Assembly: GCA_963752255.1 (NCBI GenBank)
Contig: CAVVXT010000003.1
Span: forward strand, 64,001-128,000
DNA length: 64,000 bases
From: Nitrososphaeria archaeon
Lineage (GTDB): Archaea > Thermoproteota > Nitrososphaeria > JACIWG01
Reading direction: 5' to 3'
Part shown: positions 21,871 to 32,048 of the stretch, piece after piece
Position numbering within the stretch: the first letter of the stretch is position 1
Layout: the number at the start of each line of letters is the position of its first letter
The notes under the pieces: generated by a model
Databases searched by the model: none
Seen by the model: only the letters and a program-made list of their open reading frames with translations
Told to the model about the DNA's origin: nothing
Translations under genes and position numbers: made by a program

Positions 21871-23319
21871 TCAAAGAATTTCAGCTAAAGATTTGATAAC
21901 GGCCTTGTATTCTTCAGCAAGCTTATCGTAGACTGCTTTTTTCTCAAGGTTTGGCTTAAATTTTGCCTTGAACTTCACCGATTCGCGTACTAATTGGTTT
22001 AAGTCACATCCTTTAGTTCCCCATACTGCTAAAATAGCTGATCCAAGAGCGGAATCCGGTTCTTCAACGGCTTTTGTCTCTTTTCCTGTAGCGTCGGCTA
22101 TTATCTGCATTAAAAGTGTATTCTTAGAAGCGCCACCACAAATTCTTAAATCATAAAAGTTTGTTTCAGTTACTTCTTCAACTGCCGAAAGCATTGTTCT
22201 CAAGGTTATAGTACTGCCCTCTAAAAGGCTTCTAAATATGTGTCCAGGAGTCATGTTTTTTTCGTTCATACCTATCAAGAAACCTTTAACGTTAGGATAA
22301 GTCTTCGGTACTCTTACACCAAACCATTCTGTGCAGGCCATCAGGTTATCCGACCCTGCAGGAACATTTTTTGCTAATTCCGTTAACTTATCCAGATTTG
22401 TTTTCAGAAGCCTACTCATCGAATCAAATGCTGCTGAGCCTGCGTTAGTGAATCCGCCTGCGAGATACGTGTTGTTAACATAAGTTTTATAATAAAATCT
22501 TCCATTTTCGTCAGGTATAATTTTATCAACGATCGCATGAAGTGTTAAAGACGTTCCAATAGTAACGTTAACCTGGCCAACATTTAAGGAACCTGAGGTT
22601 ACATCACCTGCACTCGCGTCTGTAATTCCATTTACGATGGGTGTGCCTTTAGGTAAACCCAACTCGGATGACTCTTCACTTGTATAGCCGACTATTGAGC
22701 CTATCTGTTTAACTTCCGGCATAATTTCTATCGGTATTTCCACATCTTGGTAAATATCCTTCAAATATCCCTCCCCTTGTAGTAAGGCATGCGCTTTACC
22801 CGCAGTATTTGAAGACGTCGCAGCTATTCCAGAAAGTTTATAGACTATGTAGTCGCTTTCATGTAGTACTTTGTATGTTTTGCTAAACCCATCAAAATTA
22901 TCCTTTAGCCAAATAAGCTTAGGTATAACAAGCTGAGGAAGTAGAGGCAAGAACTTTTCAAAATCTACGGCCGCCTGGCTTCTTAGTCTCAGCTGTTCCA
23001 CCCCATTTTTTCCTCGACTATCATTGTACATTATTAGATTATATAATTCATTTCCGTCTTTGTCGATTAAACCTATTGTTCCACTTGTCGCGTCAACACA
23101 AAGGCCGGAAACTTGATTCAATAACTTTAACTGAGTTAGAGCTTCCTTAGTTCTTTCCCATATCGCTTTCCCACTTCTTTCTGAAAACCCTTCTCTAGGT
23201 TGAATCAATAGGTCATACACGGGTACACTAGACTTCTCAAACACTTCTCCTTTTCTCGATATTATAGTAGCTTTTATATTCTTTGTACCAATGTCCAATC
23301 CAAGATAGAGTTCGGACAT
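21871..23319 (-). CDS. FGGY carbohydrate kinase, D-ribulose-kinase (SePSK/AtXK1)-like subfamily
   Basis: LGLDIGT, VDATSGT...IMYNDSR, HESDYIVYKLSG, GITD, IGTSL, GGFTNAG, CGGASKN. Confidence 0.85.
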   Translation of the reverse strand: MSELYLGLDIGTKNIKATIISRKGEVFEKSSVPVYDLLIQPREGFSERSGKAIWERTKEALTQLKLLNQVSGLCVDATSGTIGLIDKDGNELYNLIMYNDSRGKNGVEQLRLRSQAAVDFEKFLPLLPQLVIPKLIWLKDNFDGFSKTYKVLHESDYIVYKLSGIAATSSNTAGKAHALLQGEGYLKDIYQDVEIPIEIMPEVKQIGSIVGYTSEESSELGLPKGTPIVNGITDASAGDVTSGSLNVGQVNVTIGTSLTLHAIVDKIIPDENGRFYYKTYVNNTYLAGGFTNAGSAAFDSMSRLLKTNLDKLTELAKNVPAGSDNLMACTEWFGVRVPKTYPNVKGFLIGMNEKNMTPGHIFRSLLEGSTITLRTMLSAVEEVTETNFYDLRICGGASKNTLLMQIIADATGKETKAVEEPDSALGSAILAVWGTKGCDLNQLVRESVKFKAKFKPNLEKKAVYDKLAEEYKAVIKSLAEIL

Positions 23320-23439
23320 TAAAGAAGCACCTTAAAAAAAGGAGTTTACGACCATATTTAAGCTTTATAGGAGGCTCTGTGTGAATAAAGAAAATAAAAA
23401 TATATATAAGGATAGAACAAGCTTTCTTGGCGTATTTCG
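23320..23439. promoter_or_regulatory. Short divergent promoter region between the kinase and Rubisco genes
   Basis: 120-bp spacer; A-rich BRE-like run plus TATATATA at ~23396-23409, about 30 bp before the rbcL ATG; TTAAATA on the minus strand at ~23355-23361. Confidence 0.55.
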
Positions 23440-24735
23440 ATGTCTGAAGAGAATTTGAATGTTTTTACAGCGGTCACCGAGGAAGTCGACCCTGAAAAGA
23501 ATATTGTTGCGACCTATTACGTTGAAGGAAGAGACATTTCAATCGATGAGGCAGGCGTGAAGATTGCTGCTGAAGAATCTATTGGTACATGGACACAAGT
23601 TTCAACTGCAACAGAATGGATCATTAAGAATCTTCCAGCAAAAGTATTTGAACACAAGATAGAGGATAAAAACACAGGAATAATAAAGATAGCTTACCCA
23701 AATATCTTGTTTGATTTTGAGACCGGAGGTATACCTAATATGCTGAGCATCGTTGCAGGCAACCTTTTTGGTTCAGGTTCACTTCAAAACGTTAGACTCG
23801 TAGATCTTCAACTTCCCAAGGAAGCCACGCTATCTTTTAAAGGTCCGAAATTCGGAATCGAAAATATTAGAAAGATCGTAGGCACCGTCGAAAGCAGAAG
23901 ACCACATCTTGGAACGATTATCAAACCTAAGGTAGGCCTTAGTCCAAAAGAAACAGCTAAGGTGGCATACGAAGCCGCAATAGGAGGAGTGGACTTTATC
24001 AAGGACGATGAAACGTTAACGAATCAAAAGTTCTGTCCACTGGCTGATAGAGTAAGCAATGTTATGGAGGCGCTTGATAAAGTTAAGTCTGAGACAGGTA
24101 GAACTATTCTCTACTCTCCTGATATAACCACAGAGACTTATAGAATGCGTGATCTGGCTCAGGTTGCGCTGGATCATGGAGCCAATGCTCTTATGGTAGA
24201 CTTCCTACCATCCGGTTTCTCAGCTGTAAGACTGCTTGCTGAGGATCCTTCTATAAAAGTGCCTATACACGTGCACAGATGTATGCATGCTGCGATGACT
24301 AGAAATCCTAAACATGGCATCACCATGATGGTGCTTGCGAAGCTTGTGCGTTTAGCTGGAGGCGATCAACTACACACCGGAACTGTTGCCGGAAAGATGG
24401 GTGGAAAAGAGAAAAAGGTCGAGGAACTAATTGCAATGAACAATTTCTTGAAAGGGAAATTCTATGGTTTGAAGACGACGTTCCCTGTTGCTTCAGGGGG
24501 GGTTCATCCATCCGTTGTTCCGATAAACGTTCTCACACTTGGTAAAGATATTGTGATCCAAGCAGGAGGAGGAATTCATGGCCATCCAAATGGCACTAGG
24601 GCAGGCGCAGTTGCAATGAGGGATGCTATAGATGCAGTGATGAAGGGTATTCCTCTAGAAGAATACGCGAAAGATCACAAGGAACTAGACGTAGCTATAC
24701 AGCATTGGGGAATGAAGTACGTCACAGAAGAATAG
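23440..24735 (+). CDS. rbcL: Rubisco large subunit, form III (III-a-like signatures)
   Basis: AEESIGTWT, AGNLFG, GTIIKPKVG, DFIKDDET, HVHRCMH, LHTGTVAGKM (loop-6 Lys), ASGG, QAGGGIHGHP. Confidence 0.92.
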   Translation: MSEENLNVFTAVTEEVDPEKNIVATYYVEGRDISIDEAGVKIAAEESIGTWTQVSTATEWIIKNLPAKVFEHKIEDKNTGIIKIAYPNILFDFETGGIPNMLSIVAGNLFGSGSLQNVRLVDLQLPKEATLSFKGPKFGIENIRKIVGTVESRRPHLGTIIKPKVGLSPKETAKVAYEAAIGGVDFIKDDETLTNQKFCPLADRVSNVMEALDKVKSETGRTILYSPDITTETYRMRDLAQVALDHGANALMVDFLPSGFSAVRLLAEDPSIKVPIHVHRCMHAAMTRNPKHGITMMVLAKLVRLAGGDQLHTGTVAGKMGGKEKKVEELIAMNNFLKGKFYGLKTTFPVASGGVHPSVVPINVLTLGKDIVIQAGGGIHGHPNGTRAGAVAMRDAIDAVMKGIPLEEYAKDHKELDVAIQHWGMKYVTEE

Positions 24736-24785
24736 AATATCCTATCATTTTCAAAACCTTATAAATAATCAAACTTACTAATTGA

Positions 24786-25850
24786 GTGATACTAATGGCA
24801 GACTATTTCGGTAAGATCAATTCAAATGAACTTTACAATTTCTGTGTTGACATCTTTTTGAAGGCTGGTGTTCCAAAAGAAACCGCAGAAATTGTTTCTG
24901 AACACTTGGTCACAGCCAATCTAAGAGGTGTTGATTCGCATGGCGCCTTTGTAAGGATTCCCCACTACCTAACAGCTCTACGTGAGGGGATAATTAATCC
25001 CAGACCTTCAATCAGATCCGTCAAAGACACACCAAGTGTTGCATTAATAGATGGAGACAAAGGTTTTGGACCTGTAGTAGCCATGAAGGCGACGGAAATG
25101 GCTATTAGCAAAGCTAAGAGCTCTGGCATCTGTTTTGTTGGTACAAAGAACATGAGCCACGTAGGGATGTTGGCACGATATTCTCTTAAAATTGTCGAAA
25201 AAATGATGATCGGAATGGCTGCTACAAATTCGCCCCCATTAGTAGTTCCATGGGGTGGAACCAAACCTGTCCTTGGAACAAACCCTTTTACCATCGGTTT
25301 TCCAATAGACGATAAATCTTCGATAATTGTTGATATGGCTACAAGCACTGTTGCTGCAGGAAAGATAGCTGTATTCGCCTCTAAAGGAGAAAAAATTCCT
25401 GAGGGATGGGCTCTCGATAAATACGGTAACCCTACAACAGATCCTAGAGTTTTTTTGGATAAAGGTATTCTCCTCCCATTCGGAGGGTACAAAGGTTATG
25501 GGCTGTCTCTTAGTGTAGAACTTTTTGCCGGACTGCTAACAGGATCACCTTTTAGTTCACATATACAAAGGGGCTGGGCAACACAAGGGGGTTTCGTTGT
25601 TCAAGCGATAAACATAGATTCCTTCAGAGAGTACGCTGACTATAAAAAAGATATTCTGGAGCTGGTTCAGACGATTAAGTCAACCCCACCTGCAGAAGGA
25701 TTCAAAGAAGTCCTATTACCCGGAGAACCTGAACAAAGAGAATATGAGAGGAGGAAAAAAGAGGGTGTGCCTGTCTACAAAGATTCCTGGGAAAACATTG
25801 CAAAAGTGTCGAAGGATATGCAGATCAACCTTCCGAACCTCATAAAATAG
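24786..25850 (+). CDS. Ldh_2-family (malate/L-lactate/sulfolactate-type) dehydrogenase
   Basis: LRGVDSHG, SHVGML, GTNPF, DMATS, PFGGYKGYGL, LPGEPE. Confidence 0.9.
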   Translation: MILMADYFGKINSNELYNFCVDIFLKAGVPKETAEIVSEHLVTANLRGVDSHGAFVRIPHYLTALREGIINPRPSIRSVKDTPSVALIDGDKGFGPVVAMKATEMAISKAKSSGICFVGTKNMSHVGMLARYSLKIVEKMMIGMAATNSPPLVVPWGGTKPVLGTNPFTIGFPIDDKSSIIVDMATSTVAAGKIAVFASKGEKIPEGWALDKYGNPTTDPRVFLDKGILLPFGGYKGYGLSLSVELFAGLLTGSPFSSHIQRGWATQGGFVVQAINIDSFREYADYKKDILELVQTIKSTPPAEGFKEVLLPGEPEQREYERRKKEGVPVYKDSWENIAKVSKDMQINLPNLIK

Positions 25851-25923
25851 GAATCCTGTCTAGTTTCTTTCAATATCAAATCTAAACTTTAAATAAATAT
25901 CGTATATAAGAAAAGCGATAGGT

Positions 25924-26730
25924 TTGAGGAAGAATAAATTAAGGGAGCTTATAAGAGAGGGTAAGCCTACAATCGGCACCAGAATACTCAGCTCTTGGCC
26001 CGGAATAGTTGAAATAATAGGTCAAACGGGAGTAATAGACTACTTCGAATTCATAGCCGAATATGCGCCTTGGACTCTGAACGATTTAGAAAACCTTGCT
26101 AGGGCAAGCGAATTATACGATATCAGTTCTATGATAAAACTTGACGCAATACCAAGAAGTTATATAGCTGCAAAAGCTTTGCAATCAGGTATCCAGAATT
26201 TTCTCTTTTCAGATATTAGGACAGTCAACGATGCAGAAGAGGCTGTAAAGTCTGTAAGATTAGAACCTAAGGGAATCATGGGGGTAGGTAACTTTAGGGT
26301 AGGTGGATATCTGTTTACAAACTGTACTGTCGCAGACTACAGAAAAGCGGCTGATGATTCAGTAATCGCATTTATGATAGAGAAAAAAAGTGCTGGAGAC
26401 CACTTAGAAGAAATCTTATCGGTTAAAGGATTAGATATGGTTCAATTTGGTCCGTGGGATTATGGCTTAAGCATGGGGCTATCCGGTGCACCTGGCACAC
26501 CATGGGCTTTAAATGAACCAAAAGTCAAAGAAGCTGAACTAAGAACAATACGGACTGCATTAAAGCTGGGCCTACGTCCTAGGGTAGAAATAGGTGATGT
26601 GAAAGATATAGAAAAGTACCTTGAACTCGGTGTCAAAGATTTTAGCCTGGGGACTGACATAAGAATATTGTTTGGTTTCTGGAAAGAGAATGGAGCTGAA
26701 TTAAAGAAGATTTTAAACAAAATGAAATAA
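25924..26730 (+). CDS. HpcH/HpaI-family class II pyruvate aldolase (divergent)
   Basis: NKLRELIREGKPTIG, MIEK, FGPWDYGLSMG, GTD. Confidence 0.85.
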   Translation: MRKNKLRELIREGKPTIGTRILSSWPGIVEIIGQTGVIDYFEFIAEYAPWTLNDLENLARASELYDISSMIKLDAIPRSYIAAKALQSGIQNFLFSDIRTVNDAEEAVKSVRLEPKGIMGVGNFRVGGYLFTNCTVADYRKAADDSVIAFMIEKKSAGDHLEEILSVKGLDMVQFGPWDYGLSMGLSGAPGTPWALNEPKVKEAELRTIRTALKLGLRPRVEIGDVKDIEKYLELGVKDFSLGTDIRILFGFWKENGAELKKILNKMK

Positions 26731-27037
26731 TTAATTAAACTTTATTTCCATCTGATTGTTCCACGTGACCCAGAGAAAGTTAAGGGCTTAGCAGGTTATC
26801 AAACGGAAGTTTGTAAACTGGCGTCGTAAATTGCTTTAAAGTGAACTACAGTTAGCTATGTGATAGATTTGCCAAATGTTTATTTTATGCCACTGTGCTG
26901 ATCGAAAGACGAAAACAAAATCTTAATAGAACTTCCTCAGAATTAGGACGTAGATTTAATTCTGATGAAATTTATTCTAAACGCTCACTTTGCGTAACTA
27001 AAGGCATCTGATTTCTTTCTCTAAAACATTTTTGAGA

Positions 27038-29449
27038 TTAGCTCTCACTTTTCTTTCCTCCTTCTAAAAGGAATTGTGGGAATTTCGATAGCTTATTAGC
27101 CATCTCACTGAGACGTTTATCCACTTTATAGTTTACAGTTTCTTCTTCAAATGTTCCATCCTTTTCCCTTTCGCCAGCTCTGACACCTGTAAGGATTTCT
27201 ATTCCCTCGTCGATTGTTTTAACTGAATAGATGCGGAATTTTCTATCTTTGACAGCGTCAACTATTTCCTCCTTCAACATTAGGTTTTGAACGTTGCTTT
27301 CAGGTATCATCACACCCTGTTTTCCTGTGAAACCTTTAGCTTTGCAGACTTCAAAGAATCCCTCTATTTTTTCGTTGACTCCACCTATAGCCTGAACTTG
27401 ACCTTTCTGGTTAACTGATCCGGTAACGGCAATATTCTGTCTGATTGGCAACTCTGAGAGGGCAGATAGGATTGAATATAGTTCAGTACTTGAAGCGCTA
27501 TCGCCTTCTACTCCTTCATAATTCTGTTCAAAGACGAGTCGGGTAGACAAACTAAGCGGCTTATCTATAGCATATTTTCCGTTTAGGTAACCAGCTAAAA
27601 TAAGGACGCCTTTTGTATGGATGGGGCCTCCCATGCTGGCTTCCCTTTCAATGTCAACAACCCCTTCCCGACCTAAACCTACAGAAGCCGTCACTCTTGA
27701 TGGAATACCGAAATCGAAATCGCCGAGACTTATCACGGAAAGACCATTAACCTGTCCAACAGTCTCTGCTTCTGTATCGATAAGTAGTACATCTCTTTTG
27801 ATCATCTCCTGTATCTTCTCCTGGATAAGTTTTGAACGGTAGATCTTTTCTTCAATTGCCTTTTTAACGTGAATTCCGGTTATAAAATCCGAATTTTCCT
27901 GTGCCGCGTAAAAGTTTGATTCACGTATAACATCGGCAACTTCAGCAAACCTTGTGGAAAGTTTTTGCTGATCTTCAGCAAGTCTTGAACTATATTCGAT
28001 CAATTTGGCTAGACCTGTTCCGTCAAGATGTTTTAAATTTTCTTTCTCGCAGATTGTGCAGACAAAAGCTGCATATTGCTGCATGTTTTCTTCTGTCCTA
28101 TCCATGGTTGAGTCGAAATCTGCTTTAACTTTAAAGAGCTCATTAAAATCCATATCCAAGGTATATAACTGTTGATAGATGTATGGGTCACCGATTAGAA
28201 TAACTTTAACATTTAGAGGGATCGGTTGAGGTTTCAGGCTCTTGGTTGTGAAGAAACCATAACTCTCCTCAACCTCCTCTATAGCGATTTGTCCATTTTT
28301 GAGGGCTCTTTTCAACCCATCGTATGAGAATGGGTTTATAAGCAGCTCTTCAACTGGAATAATCAGATATCCGCCATTAGCCTTATGCAGTGATCCAGAT
28401 CGAACCATAGTGAAATCTGTAGTTAAATACCCGAATTGGGCTTCTTTCTCTATTCTTCCGAAAAGGTGTGGGTGAGTCGGGTTGCTCTCGAGAATCACCG
28501 GTGCACCCTTAAGCCCACCGTTATCTACCACTACATTTACTTCGTACTTTTTTAATGTTGGTTCTCTCATCCAGGGAAATTGTTGTTGAGCCGGGGCGCT
28601 TGGCTCTTTAATAAAATTTTCTAGGTTCTCTAAGATATCATTCTGAAGTGCTTCAAGATATGCCATGATATCACTATATTCTTTGTATTTTTCCTTAAGA
28701 TCAGCAATCAGGTGGCCTATAGCGTAGAGTGCTACTTCCTTATTCAGCTTGTTTATCTCCTCTATGACTTTACCTTCAAGGTCTCTAAGCTGTATGAAAG
28801 CATTCCTTAGATCCGAATTTAGTTTTTCTCTTTTTTTATCAATTTCATCTCTAGCTTGTGGGCTTAGAGAAAGGAACTCTTTATCAGTTAAAGCTTTCCC
28901 TTTAATAACAGGTATTATTAACAAACCTGCAGGGCTGCTTTGGAGGATAAAGCCTTCTTCCTGGGCTTTTCTGTTGATTTCAGAAAAAAGATCGTCTCTT
29001 TCCTTTTCGATCGCCTGTATTGTGTTTTCTCTTTTTGTTATATAGTCTTCGCTTTTAAAAGCTTTAGGGAGAACTCTTTTAGTTTGGCTAATGAAATCCG
29101 AAACATCTTTTTGGAAAATTTTTCCTTTTCCTGGTTGAAGTTTTATTGCTTTTGGTTCATATTGATTGGAAAAGCTGTTCACATAGCACCAGTCAAATGG
29201 AATCGGTTCAGTTTTAGCTATGTCCTCTAGGAAACTCTTAACAGTTGTCGTCCTACCTGTTCCATGAAGGCCAGCAACATAGATGTTAAACCCACGATCT
29301 TTAATTCCGAGCCCAAATTTGAGAGCTCTGACAGCCCTTTCTTGGCCAATAATTTCTCTAAGTGGCGTTAACCCCTCTGTAGTCTTACAACTCATTATAC
29401 TAGGGTCACAAATCCTTCTTAATTTTTCGACTGATAACTCATTTATCAT
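27038..29449 (-). CDS. LonC-type Lon protease
   Basis: IGQERA, degenerate Walker A GLHGTGRTT, LHKANGGYL, GQVNGLSV, EGDSAS and NEKIEGF (Ser-Lys dyad); no TM segment. Confidence 0.9.
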   Translation of the reverse strand: MINELSVEKLRRICDPSIMSCKTTEGLTPLREIIGQERAVRALKFGLGIKDRGFNIYVAGLHGTGRTTTVKSFLEDIAKTEPIPFDWCYVNSFSNQYEPKAIKLQPGKGKIFQKDVSDFISQTKRVLPKAFKSEDYITKRENTIQAIEKERDDLFSEINRKAQEEGFILQSSPAGLLIIPVIKGKALTDKEFLSLSPQARDEIDKKREKLNSDLRNAFIQLRDLEGKVIEEINKLNKEVALYAIGHLIADLKEKYKEYSDIMAYLEALQNDILENLENFIKEPSAPAQQQFPWMREPTLKKYEVNVVVDNGGLKGAPVILESNPTHPHLFGRIEKEAQFGYLTTDFTMVRSGSLHKANGGYLIIPVEELLINPFSYDGLKRALKNGQIAIEEVEESYGFFTTKSLKPQPIPLNVKVILIGDPYIYQQLYTLDMDFNELFKVKADFDSTMDRTEENMQQYAAFVCTICEKENLKHLDGTGLAKLIEYSSRLAEDQQKLSTRFAEVADVIRESNFYAAQENSDFITGIHVKKAIEEKIYRSKLIQEKIQEMIKRDVLLIDTEAETVGQVNGLSVISLGDFDFGIPSRVTASVGLGREGVVDIEREASMGGPIHTKGVLILAGYLNGKYAIDKPLSLSTRLVFEQNYEGVEGDSASSTELYSILSALSELPIRQNIAVTGSVNQKGQVQAIGGVNEKIEGFFEVCKAKGFTGKQGVMIPESNVQNLMLKEEIVDAVKDRKFRIYSVKTIDEGIEILTGVRAGEREKDGTFEEETVNYKVDKRLSEMANKLSKFPQFLLEGGKKSES

Positions 29450-30063
29450 TTAAAAAATTCACCTTTTTACATCCAACATAGATTTTTGTCAGAAATATAT
29501 ATCTTTAACTGAATAAATTTTTTTTAATAATAGGCAAGTTATTTTATTTTTTTTATTTGTTTAAAGGTGATAAATAGAAAGAAATCAATTTTCTTATCTT
29601 TTTCATATTTATAAAGTAAAAAGACGTTTCAAATCTAACTTTAACTTTTCTCTCAATTAACACCAATACCCTCAGAATGTCCTGTTAAATTGGAGTGTTC
29701 CATTGACAATTATTAAAATATAAACATTTAGTTTTTTTGAACAAATAGTTAGTTGACTGTTATTTTTTTAATTAATTATTTGTGTCTTTTTTATACCTTA
29801 TGTTCAAAATTTGCTGTCTGCACTTGCTATAAATGCTGGATCAAGCTTACCGTATTCGATTCCCCAATTAATTAAGGTGGAAACCCTGTTATAGTAACTT
29901 CAAGCTCAGGCAGACAGGTGGTTTAAACCCTCTTTAAACCCTTAACCTGCACTATTTTGCAGTTTACACCCTGGTGCCGAGGCCTTAAACTGGTTAAGGT
30001 AATACCAATAATCGAGCTGGCTTAGTTATTTGGATCTGTTATTTTTTCAGAATTGCTTTAATA

Positions 30064-30568
30064 TTAACCAGCGAAAGAAGCTGGTCTAAGAATCCAACTG
30101 AATGACTTCGTCACATGATCTATAGTCAGAAGTCCAAATTTAAGTTCTTTTAAAACATTAAGAAGTTCATCATCAAGATTGGAAACCTTGATTTCAGTCA
30201 TTAGATCATTAGGTAATGCGAGAACTGGTCCCAACCCACCATGATGAAAGTCTAAGTCTTCTATTTTTTCCTATCGCATTTAAAGACATTAATAGTTGAA
30301 AAGCTGCATGAGGGATGTCTTCTATTGAAATCTTACATTCTATTATATAACATCGGTCGTAAGAACCATACCAGTTCTCCTTGTTTTTAATATCTCCAGT
30401 AAATGAAGAAGATGATTGCACTATGAATATATCTGGTTTTGTAAAGGAGTTCAACCAATTGCCGATAGGATATACTTTGGAGTTGGCTAGCAAATTCAAA
30501 AGCACTTTTTTAGTTGTTTCTACAAAAACTTGATGTGCCTTTTTTCTAGACATAAGAGATATCACCAA
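30064..30568 (-). CDS. PD-(D/E)XK nuclease-like protein; frameshift near 30265
   Basis: KPDIFIV...IIECK...AAFQL; adding one A to the A7 run extends the frame to ...GPVLALP...LKELKFGLLTID...FAG*. Confidence 0.6.
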
Positions 30569-31025
30569 AATTCCCTAAGAATTTTTCGATTATGGGGATA
30601 AGAAGGTTATTACTTGATGAAGTTGGGAAATATATCGTTGAATCGTTTCTTATGACAAGAGTATCAAACCAAACATCTCTAGTAGAACGAAGAAATAATT
30701 CCCAACCGCCCCTAAGCATCATCAAATCTTGAACTTTACCTTTGATTAGTAGAAGTACAAACACGGGAGAAGTCCCTAATAATGATTTCAATTTTTGTCT
30801 TTGACTTAGAATAATATGAACGAAACTTCGATCTCTATCACTAGTTGGTCTTTTTTCTATTAAGATGAATCCAGTATTATAAGGTAATTTATAGAATTTT
30901 ACAACCTTCCTTTTTCCCCAAATCATCATTTCTTTCTGCTCCAAGGAAGCCATCCTTTCTTCTAATTCGGGTTTAAGCAAATCTTCGATCGTGTTATAAT
31001 CTAAACCCTTTCTAAAAAAAGCCAA
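30546..31025 (-). CDS. Hypothetical protein overlapping the nuclease gene
   Basis: 159-aa ORF with a 23-bp overlap with the downstream ORF. Confidence 0.55.
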   Translation of the reverse strand: MAFFRKGLDYNTIEDLLKPELEERMASLEQKEMMIWGKRKVVKFYKLPYNTGFILIEKRPTSDRDRSFVHIILSQRQKLKSLLGTSPVFVLLLIKGKVQDLMMLRGGWELFLRSTRDVWFDTLVIRNDSTIYFPTSSSNNLLIPIIEKFLGNFGDISYV

Positions 31026-31916
31026 AATATATCAAAATCAGTATTTAGAAAGGTTGTATATAATTTAAATGGCAGTAAAAAAAAGTTTTACTTAGAAAGC
31101 GGTAGAGAACAACTGTTATTGTGAACAAAAAAAAAGAGGTTCCTTTGTAATCTCAACTTTTTTCTAATTGTTAAATCATAACAACTTTTGCCTTTCATTA
31201 ACGTCGTGGACAAATTAAGGCACGCTATCCGTTCCTAAAGCTTCTAAGAGGACAAATTTTAAAACTTTTAAAGGTTGGATAGATTTTTAGTTTTGGCTCA
31301 ATCAAAAAAAATCGGAAACGCTAACGCTAAACATTCTGCATGATGGCTCTGTCCGATCCCCCTGTGCAATATCGAACCTCAACACGCTCTCATGCAGGAC
31401 GCATTTAAGTTGAGCCAATAGGAAATAGTTAGTGTTAGCATTTTGTTTTAAAACGTGTTGAGCCAAACCAAATTTAAAATTATTTTTTTGCTCAATCAGT
31501 TTTAATTTTTGGAAAGCTGTCCGATAGGGAACTAGAGCTTCTGATTCTGGCTTCAATAAGTGAGCAGAACAAGACAGTAAACGCTCTATTTGCTGATCAG
31601 AAGGCTCAGTTTAAGCAGGTGTGTGGGAACCAGGATGCTATACAAAGGAACATACAGACTACTTTGAACGAGATAAAGAATCTAAAATCAGATTTATATC
31701 GAAAGGGCGTTATTTAGGATATAACCCAAACTGGTTATGTGTCCCTTACGTTTACCATATTAGTAAATGGCTCCCTAGCCCGGTAGCCAGACTCGTTTCA
31801 TCGCAAAAAAATCGTATGTTTTTGCACTATTTTTTTTAGGTAAATTTGGCCTTGAAACAGCCTTAAAAAATGTTTACCAATTCAGGAAATAGCTCACCCA
31901 GTGATATTAAAGTATC

Positions 31917-32048
31917 CTAAAATCCCCTTTTGCCCCGTATCGATAACAGGAAGTATGCTATCTCACAGATAAGCACGACTACGCATCCAACTCCGATAAT
32001 CCAGATGAATAACGTGATGGAATCATCATTCTTTTTAAAATGCCTCAC
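31917..32048 (-). CDS. Putative 43-aa single-TM protein
   Basis: GTG-start frame MRHFKKNDDSITLFIWIIGVGCVVVLICEIAYFLLSIRGKRGF*. Confidence 0.3.
   Translation of the reverse strand: MRHFKKNDDSITLFIWIIGVGCVVVLICEIAYFLLSIRGKRGF

Noticed and set aside
23440-24735. Form IV Rubisco-like protein (methionine salvage enolase or OiaT-type)
   Set aside because: All the canonical carboxylase residues I could check, including the loop-6 Lys, are present
31340-31420. GC-richer stretch with GGTTCGA on the minus strand, a possible tRNA or att site
   Set aside because: No T-arm pairing or cloverleaf could be built
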